A stretch of 64,000 nucleotides of DNA from NCBI RefSeq assembly GCF_006345805.1, contig NC_043022.1:3658001-3722000 (forward strand), read 5' to 3'. This DNA is from Octopus sinensis (Eukaryota). Positions 47,500 to 61,133 of this stretch are shown here, piece after piece; the stretch's first letter is position 1, and the number at the start of each line of letters is the position of its first letter. The position numbers and the translations under genes are program-made. The notes under the pieces are model-generated. The model saw only the letters and a list, made by a program, of their open reading frames with translations. It ran no database searches and had not been told where the DNA came from.

Positions 47500-48335
47500 A
47501 CCACATGTAGCATCAAACCATGCTGCAGATTGCATGTAGTAAAAATCTATGTAGCAAACCACATGCAGGCTTGATGCATACAGACCAAATGTAGCATTAA
47601 TGCATGCAGTGGGGCCACATGTAGCATTAAACACGCAATAGATCACTTTTAGCAATAAACATGCAGCAGACCACATGCAGCATTAATGCATGCAGCGGGT
47701 CACATGTAGCATTAAGCATGCAATAGATCGCCTTTAGTAATAAACATGCAGAAAATCACGTCACATTAATGCACACAGTAAACCACATGTAGCATTAAAC
47801 ATGCAATAGATAATTTTTGTAATAACGCTGCGACAAACATGCACCATTACTGCACACAGTAAGCCACATGTAGCACTAAACATGTAATAGGTCACTTTTA
47901 GTAATAAACATGCAGTAAACCACATGTAGTCCTAAACATGTAACAGATCGCTTTTAGTAATAAACATGCAGTAAATCACGTGTAGTCCTAAACATGTAAT
48001 AGGTCGCTTTTAGTAATAAACATGCAGTAAACCACATGTAGTCCTAATCATGTAATAGGTCGCTTTTAGTAATAAACATGCAGTAAACCACATGTAGTCC
48101 TAAACACGTAATAGGTCTCTTTTAGTAATAAACATGCAGTAAACCACATGTAGTCCTAAACATGTAATAGGTCGCTTTTAGTAATAAACATGCAGTAAAC
48201 CACATGTACTCCTAAACATGTAATAGGTCGCTTTTAGTAATAAACATGCAGTAAACCACATGTAGTCCTAAACATGTAATAGGTCGCTTTTAGTAATAAA
48301 CATGCAGTAAACCACATGTAGTGTTTATCCATGCA
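47500..48335. repeat. 56-bp minisatellite
   Basis: Unit GTAATAAACATGCAGTAAACCACATGTAGTCCTAAACATGTAATAGGTCGCTTTTA, homogeneous at ~47880-48320 and degenerate toward 47500. Confidence 0.92.
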
Positions 48336-50104
48336 GTGAACCACAGAGAGTGACAGCCGTAACACGTCATCTACTTACATTTTACTTGGCGAATTCTTTA
48401 TGTTTGTCGTTCGACTGAATGTTGGAAAGGAAAGAAAAGAATAATTGAGAAAGGAGTGAGAGAAAAATGGAAATGAGAAAAAGAGGAATGCAAATGGAAG
48501 ATGAATCAAAGAGAATGAAATGGTTAATGAAACAATATTTACGAAGAATAATTAATTTTAAGGGAAAACACCATACAATATACAGGGGTTGGTCAAAAGT
48601 CACATGACAGTGAATCAAAAACCATTTAATTCCAAGTTTTATTAACTGAATGAATTTAATAAAAGCATTCAAATATGAAACATCATGAAGATTGTTCAAA
48701 CTGAAGTCCTTCTTGAGCAACACCTTAGAAAACTATCAACTGTGAATGAAGGGGTAGGAGCTTTAAGCAGGTGGAACCAAAGTTTTGATACTAGAAACAG
48801 GGGTACAGCTATTTTAATAAATCATATGAATTCCCCATCTCTAATTAACCCTTTAGCATTTAAACCGGCCATATCCGGCCAAAAGTATTCTGCCTGTTCT
48901 ATGTTCAAACTGGCCAGATCTGGTCTTTCACACCAACCCTACAATATCGTTTTAAAAATTAACAGCTACCTCATCAAAATCTCACAGCTACAAGATAATT
49001 CATGATAAGTTCAAAACAATGTGGATGAAAAAAAGCATTAATTTTGGCAGAATAATTCATCATCATCATCATCATCTTTTAACATCCGTTCTCCATGCTA
49101 GCATGGGTTGGACGATTCGACCGGGGATCTGGGAAGCCAGAAGGCTGCACCAGGCTCCGGTCTTATCTGGCAAAGTTTCTACAGTTGGATGCCCTTCCTA
49201 ACGCCAACCACTCCATGAGTGTAGTGGGTGCTTTTTACGTGCCACCTGCACTGGTGCCAGGCGAGGCTGGCATTGGCCACGGTCGGATTGGTGCATTTTA
49301 TGGAAGCCAGTCAAGGCAGCACTGGCTTCGGCTACGATTCGGATGGTGCTTTTTACGTGCCACCGACACGGAAGCCAGTCGAGGCGGCGCTGGCATCGGC
49401 CACAATTCGGATGGTGCATTTTATGGAAGCCAGTCGAGGCGGCACTGGCTTCGGCTACGATTCAATGTGAACACTAAAGGGTTAAGGCTATGGTTAATTA
49501 GTAAAACTACACCTGTAGGACTGATCTAAGACTGACCTATGACCATGATTGCCTTGACAATCATGGCCTAAGTAGATCCTGGCCCACCTGATCTAAATGG
49601 GGAGGCCACCCACATTCACATCAGCGGTAAGAGCACCACAGAACACCGGAGTGGCAGGACTATACCTACCCAGGACCCAGAGAACAGCAATCAGGTGAGA
49701 AAGATGGTTAAGTGTTGAAATACACCGTTAAATTAACCAGGTAAAACAGGTGTTTATCAATGTTAAAGATTCCCACATACTTTGCAAATCCCTGTAAAAT
49801 TCCATGGAAAAATAAACATGTTTTTAGAGATAGGATTTATCAAATTATTTTAATATCCTTTTGAAATGGGTTTTGTTATCTTTTTTGTTCAGAAGATTTT
49901 TGAAAATCTGTCGAGTGGCTGGGTGGATGAAAGGATAAAATATTGGGCTATCACCATGGATTGCAAGTTCAAACCTACCGCAGTTATTCACTTGCATCTT
50001 GGGCCACACCGTTTGATTTTTATATGCCTTTGTTGTAGAACGGGGTCCTAGAGCATGCAGAGATGTCATTGACAAATGAGTATCTTTGAAAAATAAAATG
50101 TTAT

Positions 50105-50730
50105 AGGGACCAGGGATCAGTTCTTATTTATGAAAATAATGGGGCCAGGATTCAGTTCTTATTTGTGAAAATAAAGGGGCCAGGGGTCAGTTCTTATTTG
50201 TGAAAATAAAGGGGCCAGGGATCAGTTCTTATTTGTGAAAATAAAGGGGCCAGGGTTCAGTTCTTATTTGTGAAAATAAAGGGGCCAGGATTCAGTTCTT
50301 ATTTGTGAAAATAAAGGGACCAGGGATCAGTTCTTATTTGCGAAAATAAAGGGGCCAGGATTCAGTTCTTATTTGCGAAAATAAAGGGGCCAGGATTCAG
50401 TTCTTATTTGCGAAAATAAAGGGACCAGGGATCAGTTCTTATTTATGAAAATAAAGGGGCCAGGATTCAGTTCTTATTTGTGAAAATAAAGGGGCCAGGA
50501 TTCAGTTCTTATTTGTGAAAATAAAGGGGCCAGAATTCAGTTCTTATTTGCAAAAATAAAGGGGCCAGGAGTCAGTTCTTATTTGTGAAAATAAAGGGAC
50601 CAGGGATCAGTTCTTATTTGTGAAAATAAAGGGGCCAGGATTCAGTTCTTATTTGTGAAAATAAAGGGTCCAGGAGTCATTTTTTATTTGCGAAAATAAA
50701 GGGGCAAGGGGTTAATTTTTATTTGTGAAA
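50105..50730. repeat. 35-bp minisatellite (~18 copies)
   Basis: Unit GGGCCAGGATTCAGTTCTTATTTGTGAAAATAAAG. Confidence 0.93.
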
Positions 50731-53126
50731 ATGAGAGGCCATGCCCCACTGAATGTATAATGTTGGTGTGTGTAAGCAACATGGAGAGTACAGGGGGAGC
50801 ATAGTGAAACAGAAAGAAAAAAAGAATGGAAACAACACTGCTTGTATGACAGGGTTGCTCATTTACATCTATTATGTGATGTGGAGACAGAGGCATACAC
50901 AAAAGCATGCACACACATATACACACATATTTATACACATATAGGAATAAGTGTGGCTGTGTGCTAAGAAGTTTGCTTCCCAACCACATGGTTCCGGGTT
51001 CAGTCCCACTGCATGGCACCTTGGGCAAGTGTCTTCTACTATAGCCTTGGGTTGACCCAAGCCTTGTGAGTGGATTTGGTAGATGGAAACTGAAAGAAGC
51101 CCATCGCATGTGTGTGTGTCTTCTACCACGGTTTGAGAACTGGTGTTGGTTTGTTTATATCCTCATAATTTAGTGGTTTGGCAAAAAGGGACCAACAGAA
51201 TAAGTACCAGGCTTGAAAATAAAGTCCTGGGGTCAATTCATTCGACTAAAAATTCTTCATGATGGTGCTCCAGCTGGGTTGCAGTGAAATGACTAAGATA
51301 TACATACATATATACAAAACACACATATATATATTCTTCTATTTGTTGTTTCAGTCATTTGACTGTGGCCATGCTGGAGCACCACCTTTAGTTGAACAAA
51401 TCAACCCCAGGACTTATTCTTTGTAAGCCTCGCACTTATTCTATCAGTCCCTTTTACCAAACCACTAAGTTACGGGGACATAAACACACCAACATCGGTT
51501 GTCAAGCGATGGTGGTGGGGACAAACATAGAAACACAATTATACATATATACACGTGTGTGTGAGTGAGACGGGCTTCTTTCAGTCTCCATCTACCAAAT
51601 CCACTCACGAGGCTTTGGTTGGCCCAAGGCTATAGTAGAAGACACTTGCCCAAGGTGCCATGCAGTGGGACTGAACCAGAAACCTTGTGGTTGAGAAGTA
51701 AACTTCTTACCATACAGCCACACCTGCACCTATATATATATCACGTGATCGCATGACAGACCAGACCATCAGATGTTGTTACACATCGCTGGTCACAATG
51801 CGTTCGCATTGTTTTAGCCTTTGAATGATGCCACCCCGCTGGCTAAGCGAGCAGGCCAACAGAAGAAAGAGTGGTGAAAGAGTACAGCCGGAATCACCAT
51901 CCCCTGCCGGAGCCTCGTGGAGCTTTTAGGTGTTTTCACTCAATAAACACTCACAACGCCCGGTCTAGGAATCGAAACCGCAACCCTACGACCGCAAGTC
52001 CGCTGCCCTAACCACTAGGCCATTGCGCCTCCATATATATATATATATATATAATGTATATATAATGTATATGAAGTGAATGAAGCAACAAAACCTTAAG
52101 AAATAAAAATAGAAATTTGCATTTTATATCTGGGTTATTGATTGTAAGAAAATCTTCCGTTCTGATAGATTCTGTTTTAAAGTGTCAACAGTCAAATTTC
52201 ATCTTATCAACAGCTGGTGTAGAGTAAACAAATCCTTCCTTTACACAGAGACGTTAACAGCAACAAGTTAACAAAAGAGCCACTGCAGAGTGGCTCGACT
52301 TGCTAGAAATAGCAACCAAATCTGTCTTGACTCACACCTTGCCTTCTGAACAATAGCTAAGCGTGATAATGCTATTAAGGTTTCTGTGCATGGAGGAAAA
52401 AGACAGGATGGTTATGGATGGATTACCTTTGTTATAGGTCTGCTTAGCACTAGGGTAGCTGAGAGGGTGGCGGTAGGGGTGAGCTGGCAGAAATGTTAGC
52501 ACGCCGGGCGAAATGCGTAGCCGTATTTCGTCTGTCGTTGCGTTCTGAGTTCAAATTCTGCCGAGGTCGACTTTGCCTTTCATCCTTTCGAGGTCGATAA
52601 ATTAAGTACCAGTTACGCACTGGGGTCAATGTAATCGACTTAATCCCTTTGTCTGTCCTTGTTTTTCCCCTCTGTGTTTAGCCCCTTGTGGATAGTAAAG
52701 AAATAGGTGGGGGGCGATCGGCTCTGGGCGGCACTTTTAAAGAGGTGCTACTTTTGGGTCTGCTGTAGGTAATATGTTTTTTTTGTGGGTTCAGGGGTGG
52801 CAAACAGAAAGACTGTTTCAAAATGCCAACTTAATAATAATAATAATTATTATAAAAAGTTTTAGTTATTTTTTTTACTAAATCCCCACTAATTCTTGAT
52901 TAGTTTCTGCAAAATTAAAGACATCATAGTAAGCAGTTTTATTGTTTCATTAGAAATAAGATGACAAAACAGCAAATTCAGAGTTTTGTAGCCATTTTGC
53001 ACCATCTACCAATTTGTAGTCCTTGTATTCATTGAGGACAGTCCATGGTAAGTTTGACATAATATGAAGGGTAAAATTCCATTGTGTTTTCATTGCACAA
53101 GGTAAGGGTACTCTTAACACACACAC

Positions 53127-53440
53127 GTGGCACATAAAAAGCACCATCCGAATCGTGGCCGAAGCCAGTGCCGCCTCGACTGGCTTTCGTGCAGGTGGCA
53201 CGTAAAATGCACCAATCCGACCGTGGCCGATGCCAGCCTCGCCTGGCTCCAGTGCAGGTGGCACGTAAAAAGCACCCACTACACTCACGGAGTGGTTGGC
53301 GTTAGGAAGGGCATCCAGCTGTAGAAACATTGCCAGATAAGACCGGAGCCTGGTGCAGCCTCCTGGCTTCCCAGATCCCCGGTCGAACCGTCCAACCCAT
53401 GCTAGCATGGAGAACGGACGTTAAACGATGATGATGATGA
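53127..53440 (+). mobile_element. SINE-like family D with (GAT)n tail and internal ~66-bp tandem repeats (representative)
   Basis: Conserved GGCGTTAGGAAGGGCATCCAGCTGTAGAAAC block and the tail AACCCATGCTAGCATGG...GGACGTTAAACGATGATGAT. Other copies are at 16145-16440(+), 18915-19200(-), 44338-44565(+), 45630-46020(-), 46978-47330(+) and 49068-49465(-). Confidence 0.75.
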
Positions 53441-53444
53441 TATG

Positions 53445-53650
53445 GTTCGGCTTTTGCCATAATAGATCGCTAGCCACTACACATTCTTTATTTTCTCCCC
53501 TTGTTTCTCTCCTTGTTCCTTTCTGTGGAAGAGCATAGGCTCGAAACGTTAAAGACTTTTTTCACTTCCCGAGTGTTATACTAATGCATCTGTTTGTTGT
53601 CTACACCACCTGTCTTCGTCTTTTGTTTATTTGTAAATTCTCCCTATACA
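53445..53650 (+). mobile_element. Related short repeat with hammerhead-like remnant
   Basis: CTTT-CTGTGGA-A-GAGC-ATAG-GCTC-GAAA-CGTT-AAAG at 53519-53554. A deleted copy lies near 42000-42130. Confidence 0.45.
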
Positions 53651-54056
53651 CACTCTTTACTCTTTTACTTGTTTCAGTCATATGACTGCGGCCATGCTGG
53701 AGCACCACCTTTAATCGAGCAAATCGACTCTGGGACTTATTCTTTGTAAGCCCAGTACTTATTCTATTGGTCTCTTTTGCTGAACTGCCAAGTTACGGGG
53801 ATGTAAACACACCAGCATCGGTTGTCAAGCGATGTTGGGGGAACAAATACAGACACACAAACACTCACACACACATACACATACATATATATATACAACA
53901 GGCTTCTTTCAGTTTCCGTGAACCAAATCCACTCACAAGGCATTGGTCGGCCCAAGGCTATAATAGAAGACACTTGCCCAAGATGCCATGCAGTGGGACT
54001 GAACCCGGAACCATGTGGTTGGTAAGCAAGCTACTTACCACATAGCCACTCCTGCG

Positions 54057-54137
<81 letters not shown>

Positions 54138-54617
54138 CATATATACATACATACACACACAAGCATCTTTTAATTTCCTTCTACCAAATCAAGTCACAAG
54201 GCTTTAGTTAACCCATCCCCAAGGTGCCATGCAGTGGGACTGCACTTGGAACGATGTGATTGGGAAGCAAGCTTCTTACCACACAGCCACGCCTGCGCCT
54301 GTAATATGTATATTAATTTCTTTAAACAATTTTTGTTTAGTACAAAGGCCCCCATCAAGATTAAGTTGGTGGAGCATTCCACAAAATATAGGTTTGGGCG
54401 CCACGGTTTTAAGAAATTGGTAAAATGGGGTTCTGTAACGAAATAAGTTTGGAAACCACTGCTGGTTGTTCAGTGGGTCTCTTTGTACGAAAATGTGTTT
54501 TTATTTCTTTGTTTGGATTTCGTATATAGTAGAAAAAGGACTGTGAGAATACTCCCACAGCCCCCTCTAAGGACAACAGGCGGTTGTTGGTACGAGAAAG
54601 CATTGTTGGCGAAAAGG

Positions 54618-54648
<31 letters not shown>

Positions 54649-55990
54649 AGGGGAGACGGTTATTTGAAGGAACTGAAATCGCGCCACTGGGCCCCCGGTG
54701 GTGGTTCGTGTGAGCCAAACGGCTGGCGGTTGCCAGCTGAACTCCAAGATAATACATCAAATATCATTATTCTACCTGTAAGTGTGTGTGTGTGTGTTTA
54801 TGCACGCGTGCGTGGCGTAGGTATGTGTCAACAGGTAGTAACATGAAGGGGGACAAATTGACGCCAGGATACACAGGCCCCTCCGACACCCGTGTCCCGT
54901 ACTTACAAAGGTATATAATAGAATAGGGTGGCCGGGGTAGGGTGAAATAATACGCTGCAGATGGTCTGTGTTCTGTAGCTGCCTGCTTTTTATTTCGACT
55001 GGTAACAGGTTTTTATTGTCAAGCGTGGCAAGGTCCCCTCCACCCCCGCGAATGTAGGTAGATACAAGGTACAGGTACGCGTGTGTGTGTGTGTATATAT
55101 AGAGAGAGGAGTGTGTGAGGGTTAATAGATAAAGAGAGAGTGAGTTGGAGAGAGAAAGAGAAGCAGTGCCTAAAGGGAAGGGAAAGAGTAAGACATACAA
55201 AAGCACAAAGAAAAAGAAAGGAAAGAAAAGGAGGTGGATAAAGAAAACGACAGAAAGGGAGAAATAAAGAACAAGAGAAAGGGAAATACAAAGAGAAAGG
55301 GAGAGAGAGAAAGAGGGGAGCGAAGGAGGAGAGGGGGAAGTATAAGAAGAGAGAGAGAGAGTGAGGGATAAGAGAGAAGAGAGAGCGAGGGATAAGAGAG
55401 GAGAGAGAGGGATAAGAGAGGAGAGAGAGGGATAAGAGAGGGGAGAGAGAAAGGAGGGAGAGAGAGAGCAAAAGATAGAAAGGAAAGAGAGAGAGACGAC
55501 AGAGGGAGAGGAAAGGTAGGAAAGAAGAGGTTGTTGCACGCGTTACATCGAGAGGAGAAAAGAGATGTAGAGAGGGGAAGGGGAGAGGGAAGGAAGGCAA
55601 TGAACGGTGGATAAGAAAGAAAGAAAGAAAGAAAGAAAGAAAAACTGATAGAAAAGCAGACGAGAAAAAATGGGAGGAGGAGAGATTGGCAGACGATAAG
55701 AGTAGGAGGAGGAGGAAGCAAAGAGCAGGACACAGTCGGCTGGTAATGTGTGTAGACATATACACTCGCATGCATGCATGCATACACACACACATTATCT
55801 TTTGTTTCAGTCATTAGATTGCGGCCACGCTGGGGCATCGCCTTGAAGAATTTTAGTCGAATAAATCGACGCCAGGATCTTTTCTAAAAGATACTTTTTC
55901 CTTTCAGTCTGGTATTTAATTCTAAGGTTCAGACGTAAACCCCAACAGCGGTTATCATTCAGTGGTGGGGGACGAACTCACTCACACACA

Positions 55991-56389
55991 TCTTTATATA
56001 TAAAAGAGAGGTTGTGTGCTGTCTATCTCCTACGATTTAGATTCCTAACTACTCCCACATTTTGCGGTGCAGTTTAACCAAAACCGGGTATCTTATAGTC
56101 GTGATTCATATCGAGCCCTTCTGGGTATTAGCGCGCGTCTACGATGAGTCTACGATTTAAAAAAAAATTTACCATCATTTTTTTCCATTTTAATGCATTT
56201 TTTCGCTATTATATAAGGGAAGTAACTCTCTAAAAATGTCTACGATGAGTCAACGATTTAAAAATAAATTTACCATCATTTTTTTCCATTTTTAATGCAT
56301 TTTTTTCTACTTTTTGGCTATAACTCTCTAAAAATGCTTATATAGTTATTTCCCTTACAAACCCGAGCAACGCCGGGCGATATTGCTAG
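55991..56389 (+). mobile_element. Non-autonomous Helitron, family A
   Basis: A|TC start, subterminal hairpin and CTAG|T end. Confidence 0.85.
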
Positions 56390-58609
56390 TACACTATATA
56401 TATTCTACTTTTATTGGTTTCAGTCATTTGAATGTGGCCATGCTGGAGCAATAAGGCAGGTGATTTGAAAGGAAAATAGCTGAACAAACTAGTTTCGTCG
56501 CGTGAGGGAAAGACAACCTGATCACGTGAGTGTGTGTGCGAGGAAGAAAGAATAATAGAGAGGGGGAGAAAGAGTGAAAGAACGAGAAGGGGAGGGAACC
56601 TGAAAAGAGATAGGGAGAAGGGGAGAGTGAGAGTGAGAGAGAGGGAGAGGTATGGGGATAGATAGAGGGAGAGGTAGAAATAGGGGAAGCGAGGGGATAG
56701 AGAGAGGGAGAAGGAGAGTGAGAGAGATAGAAAGGAAGGGAGAATGGAGGGTAGTTGAACAGGTGCACAACCATAGAAACCAGCCTGTGTTCACGTCTCG
56801 AACTCCACTTCACAGAAATAAAAGAAACAAATCGTTGACACTGGCTCAGTAGACGTCATGTGTGATGTGAACCGTGACGAGACAGAGAAAGACAGGTAGA
56901 CAGTGAGGGGGGGATACGTCTTTTTCCCTCTCTATCTCTCACATGTACACGCGCGCACGCACACACAGAACAATGGTTTTTTGATTTCAGCACACGACAC
57001 GGCCAAAAATTTTGAGGGATAAAAAGCCAAAGTTTGACTCCGGTCGGTCGGAGTTGAACTTACAACGTACAGAGCCGGAAGAACTATCGCAAAAGCATTT
57101 GCTTCGATGCTCTAACAATTTGGCCAAATAAGAATTCTTTCAGTTCCAGCACAAGGCCAGGAATTTTGAAGGGAATTAGCGACCAAGATCGACCCCAGTA
57201 CATGTTACTAAATTCTTCATTTTTTTCAAAATAAATTGAAACAAAGGGAGTGCATTTCAACAGAAATACGGTAACAAAAGGGTTAACTCTGGATATGAAC
57301 CCACCCGAAACTGTCCCTGGCTCTATGAAACAAGGTTTCTGTTTTTGAAATGATCCCAAGTTGAAAATTTCTTCGAAATTTCACGTTTGGTGCCAAACAC
57401 CAAATTAATGATAAAGATATTTCATGTAATTCTTCATTATTTCTAAAATTAATTGGAAAAAAAAGCAGTGTATTAGAAAATTACTATTTGTAAATCTCAT
57501 ACCGAGAGATATTCAGCCACAATACTTTGGAGTAAAGATTGTTTGGCCAACATAACATGGCAGTCCTGGTTTAGGACGAATGTTGCTGTAATTTAGCCCC
57601 AGGAGACATCGTCTCCAGCTGGCTACACGACAAGAACTAGATTACCTTGTTCGAAAATCTAAGGATCGTGTTGTATAGCCAGCTTGTAATTTTTTGTTAA
57701 AATACACTGCTTTTGGAGATAAGATTGTTTGCCAACATAACATGGTAGTCCTGGTTTAGGACGAATGTTGCTGTAATTTAGCTCCAGGAGACTAGTCCTC
57801 TTCCCCCAAAATTCCAGACCTTGTGCCTACAGTAGAATGTACCCGGCAAAAACGACCGATAGAATAAGTACTAGGCTTACAAAGTATAAGTCCTGGGATC
57901 AATTTGTTTGAGTGAAGGCGGTGCTCCAGCATGGCCGTAGTCAAATGACTGAAACAAATAAAATAGTTTTCACAATTCTCAAAATAATAAATCCCCCCCT
58001 TTCCTTTCAATGCTTTATTCTAAGATTGAGGTGATGGCCACGGCGAGCTGGAAACGGAGTAGCGCAGAGGACAAAATGCTTAGCGACAATTCTTCCATTC
58101 TGAGCTTAAATTCCGCCGAGCTCAGCTTTGCCTATCATCCTTTCGGGGGTCGATAAAATAAAGTATCAGTCAAGCACTGGGGGTCTATGTAATAGATTTC
58201 CCCTCCCTGCAGGCCTTGTGCCCCAAATCAGAAAGAATTATAATCGGAGTAGTGGTAACTGTTCGTAAAATAATAAGGTTTAGGGGTCTGTGATTTTTGG
58301 TAAATGGTTTTATATAAGGCTATTGAAAAGGTTGCAAGACGCAACGAAAATTTTAGGAAAATAAAAATAAGAAATAAGTGGAAATTTTACCGGTGAGTGT
58401 GTTACATTATAAAGGCACAAAAAGAAAATGACTCCCCAGACACAGCAGTATATACTCTTTTACTTGTTTCAGTCATTTGACTGCGGCCATGCTGGAGCAA
58501 ATCGACCCCAGGACTTATTCTTTGTAAGCCTAGTACTTATTCTATCGGTCTCCTTTACCGAACCGCAAAGTTACGGGGACATGAACACAGACTAGTCATT
58601 TATTATATA

Positions 58610-58648
<39 letters not shown>

Positions 58649-58789
58649 TACATATACACGACAGGCTTCTTTCAGTTCGCTACCAATCCACTCACAAGGC
58701 TTTGGTCGACCCGAGGCTATAGTAGAAGACACTTGCCCAAAATGCCATGTTGGTAAGCAAGCTACTTACCACACAGCCACTCCTGACCC

Positions 58790-58848
<59 letters not shown>

Positions 58849-59525
58849 ACGGGTTTCTTACAGTTTCTGTCTACCAAATCCACTGACAAGGCTTTGGTCG
58901 GACCGAGGCTATAGTAGAAGACACTTGCCCACGGTACCACGCAGTAGGGTTGAATCCGGAACCATGTGGTTGGTAAGCAAGCTACTTACCACGCAGCCAC
59001 TCCTGCGATATCACTGTATGCTTGTGAGCGTGTGTATATAAGTGCGCGTATGGTATTTGGGCAGAATCGTTAGCACGCCGGGCGAGATGTTTAGTGGTAT
59101 TTCGTCTGCCGATACGTTCTGAGTTCAAATTCTGCAGAGGTCGACTTTGCCTTTCATCCTTTCGGGGTCGATAAATTAAGTACCAGTTACGCACTGGGGT
59201 CGATGTAATCGACTTAATACCTATGTCTGTCCTTGTTTGTCCCCTCTGTGATTAGCCCCTTGTGGGTATTAAAGAAATAGGTATTTGTGTGCGCTCTTTC
59301 TATCTTTCTTTGTTAAATAGTGTGTGTGTTTATACGCGTGTAAAACCCGATCCAGCGGTGGTCGGCGAAGAAGTCATTGTTCGGAGAGGACAACATCTGA
59401 TTGGCCTCGTAAAGGAACAGCTGTCGCGAAAGAGCACACGGCCAGAGACACACACGCGCGCACACAGTCTGTGGCACGCGACCATGGACGACGGGCGGGC
59501 AGCAGGCGACAGGAATCTAATTACG

Positions 59526-59561
<36 letters not shown>

Positions 59562-60579
59562 GGACATACAACAAGTGAATGGTGGATTCGTGGAAGAGGA
59601 GGAGGAGGCGTGGCTAAATGGTGGGAGGGAGGAGATTGTGAAGAAAGAGAGGGGAAGGGGGCTCGAAACAAGACGAGATTAAAGAGAGAACGAATGTAAG
59701 AGAGAGGAATACTAGTGTGAGAGAAAGGGACAAAGAGGATAAAGGGGGGAAGGAGTGTGCGTGTGTGTGTGTGGGAAGGTAGAGATAGATAGAGGGAGTA
59801 AGAGAGATATAGAGAGTGGGGTGAGAAATAGATAGAAAGGGAGTGTGAGGGAGTGAGAGATAGAGTGCGAGAGAGAGGGAGTGTTAGAATTACAAAGAAA
59901 GAGATAAAGGAAGGAGAGGGAGAATGAATGGTGGTGGTGGTGGTGGTGGAAATAAGGGCTGGAAAGAGAAAGAAACGGGACAAAGGAATGAAGAAAGGGT
60001 TAAAAAGTGTGCGTGTATGTGTGTGAGGGAGGGAGAGAGAGAGAGAGACAGAGAGGTGCAGAAATGGGGGTGGAGATAACGATAGAGAGGAAGAAAATGA
60101 AAGGAAGAAAGAAGGAAAAGATATATTTAGATCCCTATCTTTCTATCTCCTCGTCCCCTATCTATCTACCTACCTACACACCCACCTACCTACCTACCCA
60201 CCCACTCACCTACCCACCCACCCACCTACCTACCTACCAACCAACCTACCTACCTACTTACCTACCTACCCACCTACTTACCTACCCACCCACCCACCTA
60301 CCTACAAGATATACTGCGGTCAATTGGCATAGTCGTTAGAGGATCGGATAAATAGCGATTATTGTCGAGGTTCATTCACTGCGATCTGATTTCGAATCCC
60401 ATAAGGTCAATCAATAAATAAGGTACCAACCTAGGGTTCACTCAGTTGTCTCCCCTCTCGCTCAAACTGTTCCATTCTTGGATGTTCTGCTGGATTAAGA
60501 GAGAGAGAGAGAGACGAGGTACCTAAAACAATGAGACCCTGGGAGTGGATTTCTAAAACGGTAACTGAAGGAAGCCCAT

Positions 60580-60627
<48 letters not shown>

Positions 60628-60628
<1 letters not shown>

Positions 60629-60793
60629 GGCGCAGGAGTGGCTGTGTGGTAAGTAGCTTGCTAACCAACCACATGGTTCCGGGTTCAGTCCCACTGCGTG
60701 GCACCTTGGGCAAGTGTCTTCTGCTATAGCCCCGGGCCGACCAATGCCTTGTGAGTGGATTTGGTAGACGGAAACTGAAAGAAGCCTGTCGTA

Positions 60794-60826
<33 letters not shown>

Positions 60827-61050
60827 GCGTGTGTGTATGTTTGTGTGTCTGTGTTTGTCCCAAAAGCATTGCTTGACAACCGATGCTGGTGTGTTTACGT
60901 CCCCGTCACTTAGCGGTTCGGCAAAAGAGTCCGATAGAATAAGTACTGGGCTTACAAAGAATAAGTCCTGAGGGTCGATTTCCTCGACTAAAGGCGGTGC
61001 TCCAGCATGGCCGCAGTCAAATGAGTGAAACAAGTAAAAGAGTAAAGAGT
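60628..61050 (+). mobile_element. tRNA-derived CORE-like SINE, family B (full-length representative; over 20 full or partial copies in window)
   Basis: Head GGCGCAGGAGTGGCTGTGTGGTAAG...GGTTCAGTCCC, CORE-like CCTTGGGCAAGT, an internal (TA)n(TG)n tract and an (AAAGAGT)n tail. Other copies include 3300-3692(-), 12375-12802(-), 14815-15218(-), 29710-30125(-), 34375-34790(-), 39545-39878(-), 40250-40660(+), 43248-43640(+), 46515-46915(+) and 63200-63597(+). Confidence 0.85.
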
Positions 61051-61075
61051 ATATATTTCTAGATTTATAGGAAAT

Positions 61076-61133
61076 ATTATATTGACAAGGAAATGAGCCT
61101 TCGGTTCTAATCCAGAAACGATTCGTCTATAAT
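61076..61133 (+). ncRNA. Fossil type I hammerhead motif (two core substitutions)
   Basis: ATTATA-tTGACaA-GGA..GAGCC-TTC-GGTTC..TCC-A-GAAA-CGATTCG-TC^-TATAAT. Stem I is 6 bp perfect. Confidence 0.45.

Noticed and set aside
47880-48320. p53-family response elements in the CATG-rich minisatellite
   Set aside because: The half-sites lack the required 3' YYY (AAACATGCAG and AAACATGTAA versus RRRCWWGYYY).
60628-60700. tRNA genes at SINE heads
   Set aside because: A and B boxes are present, but there is no complete cloverleaf or acceptor stem, and the heads run directly into SINE bodies.
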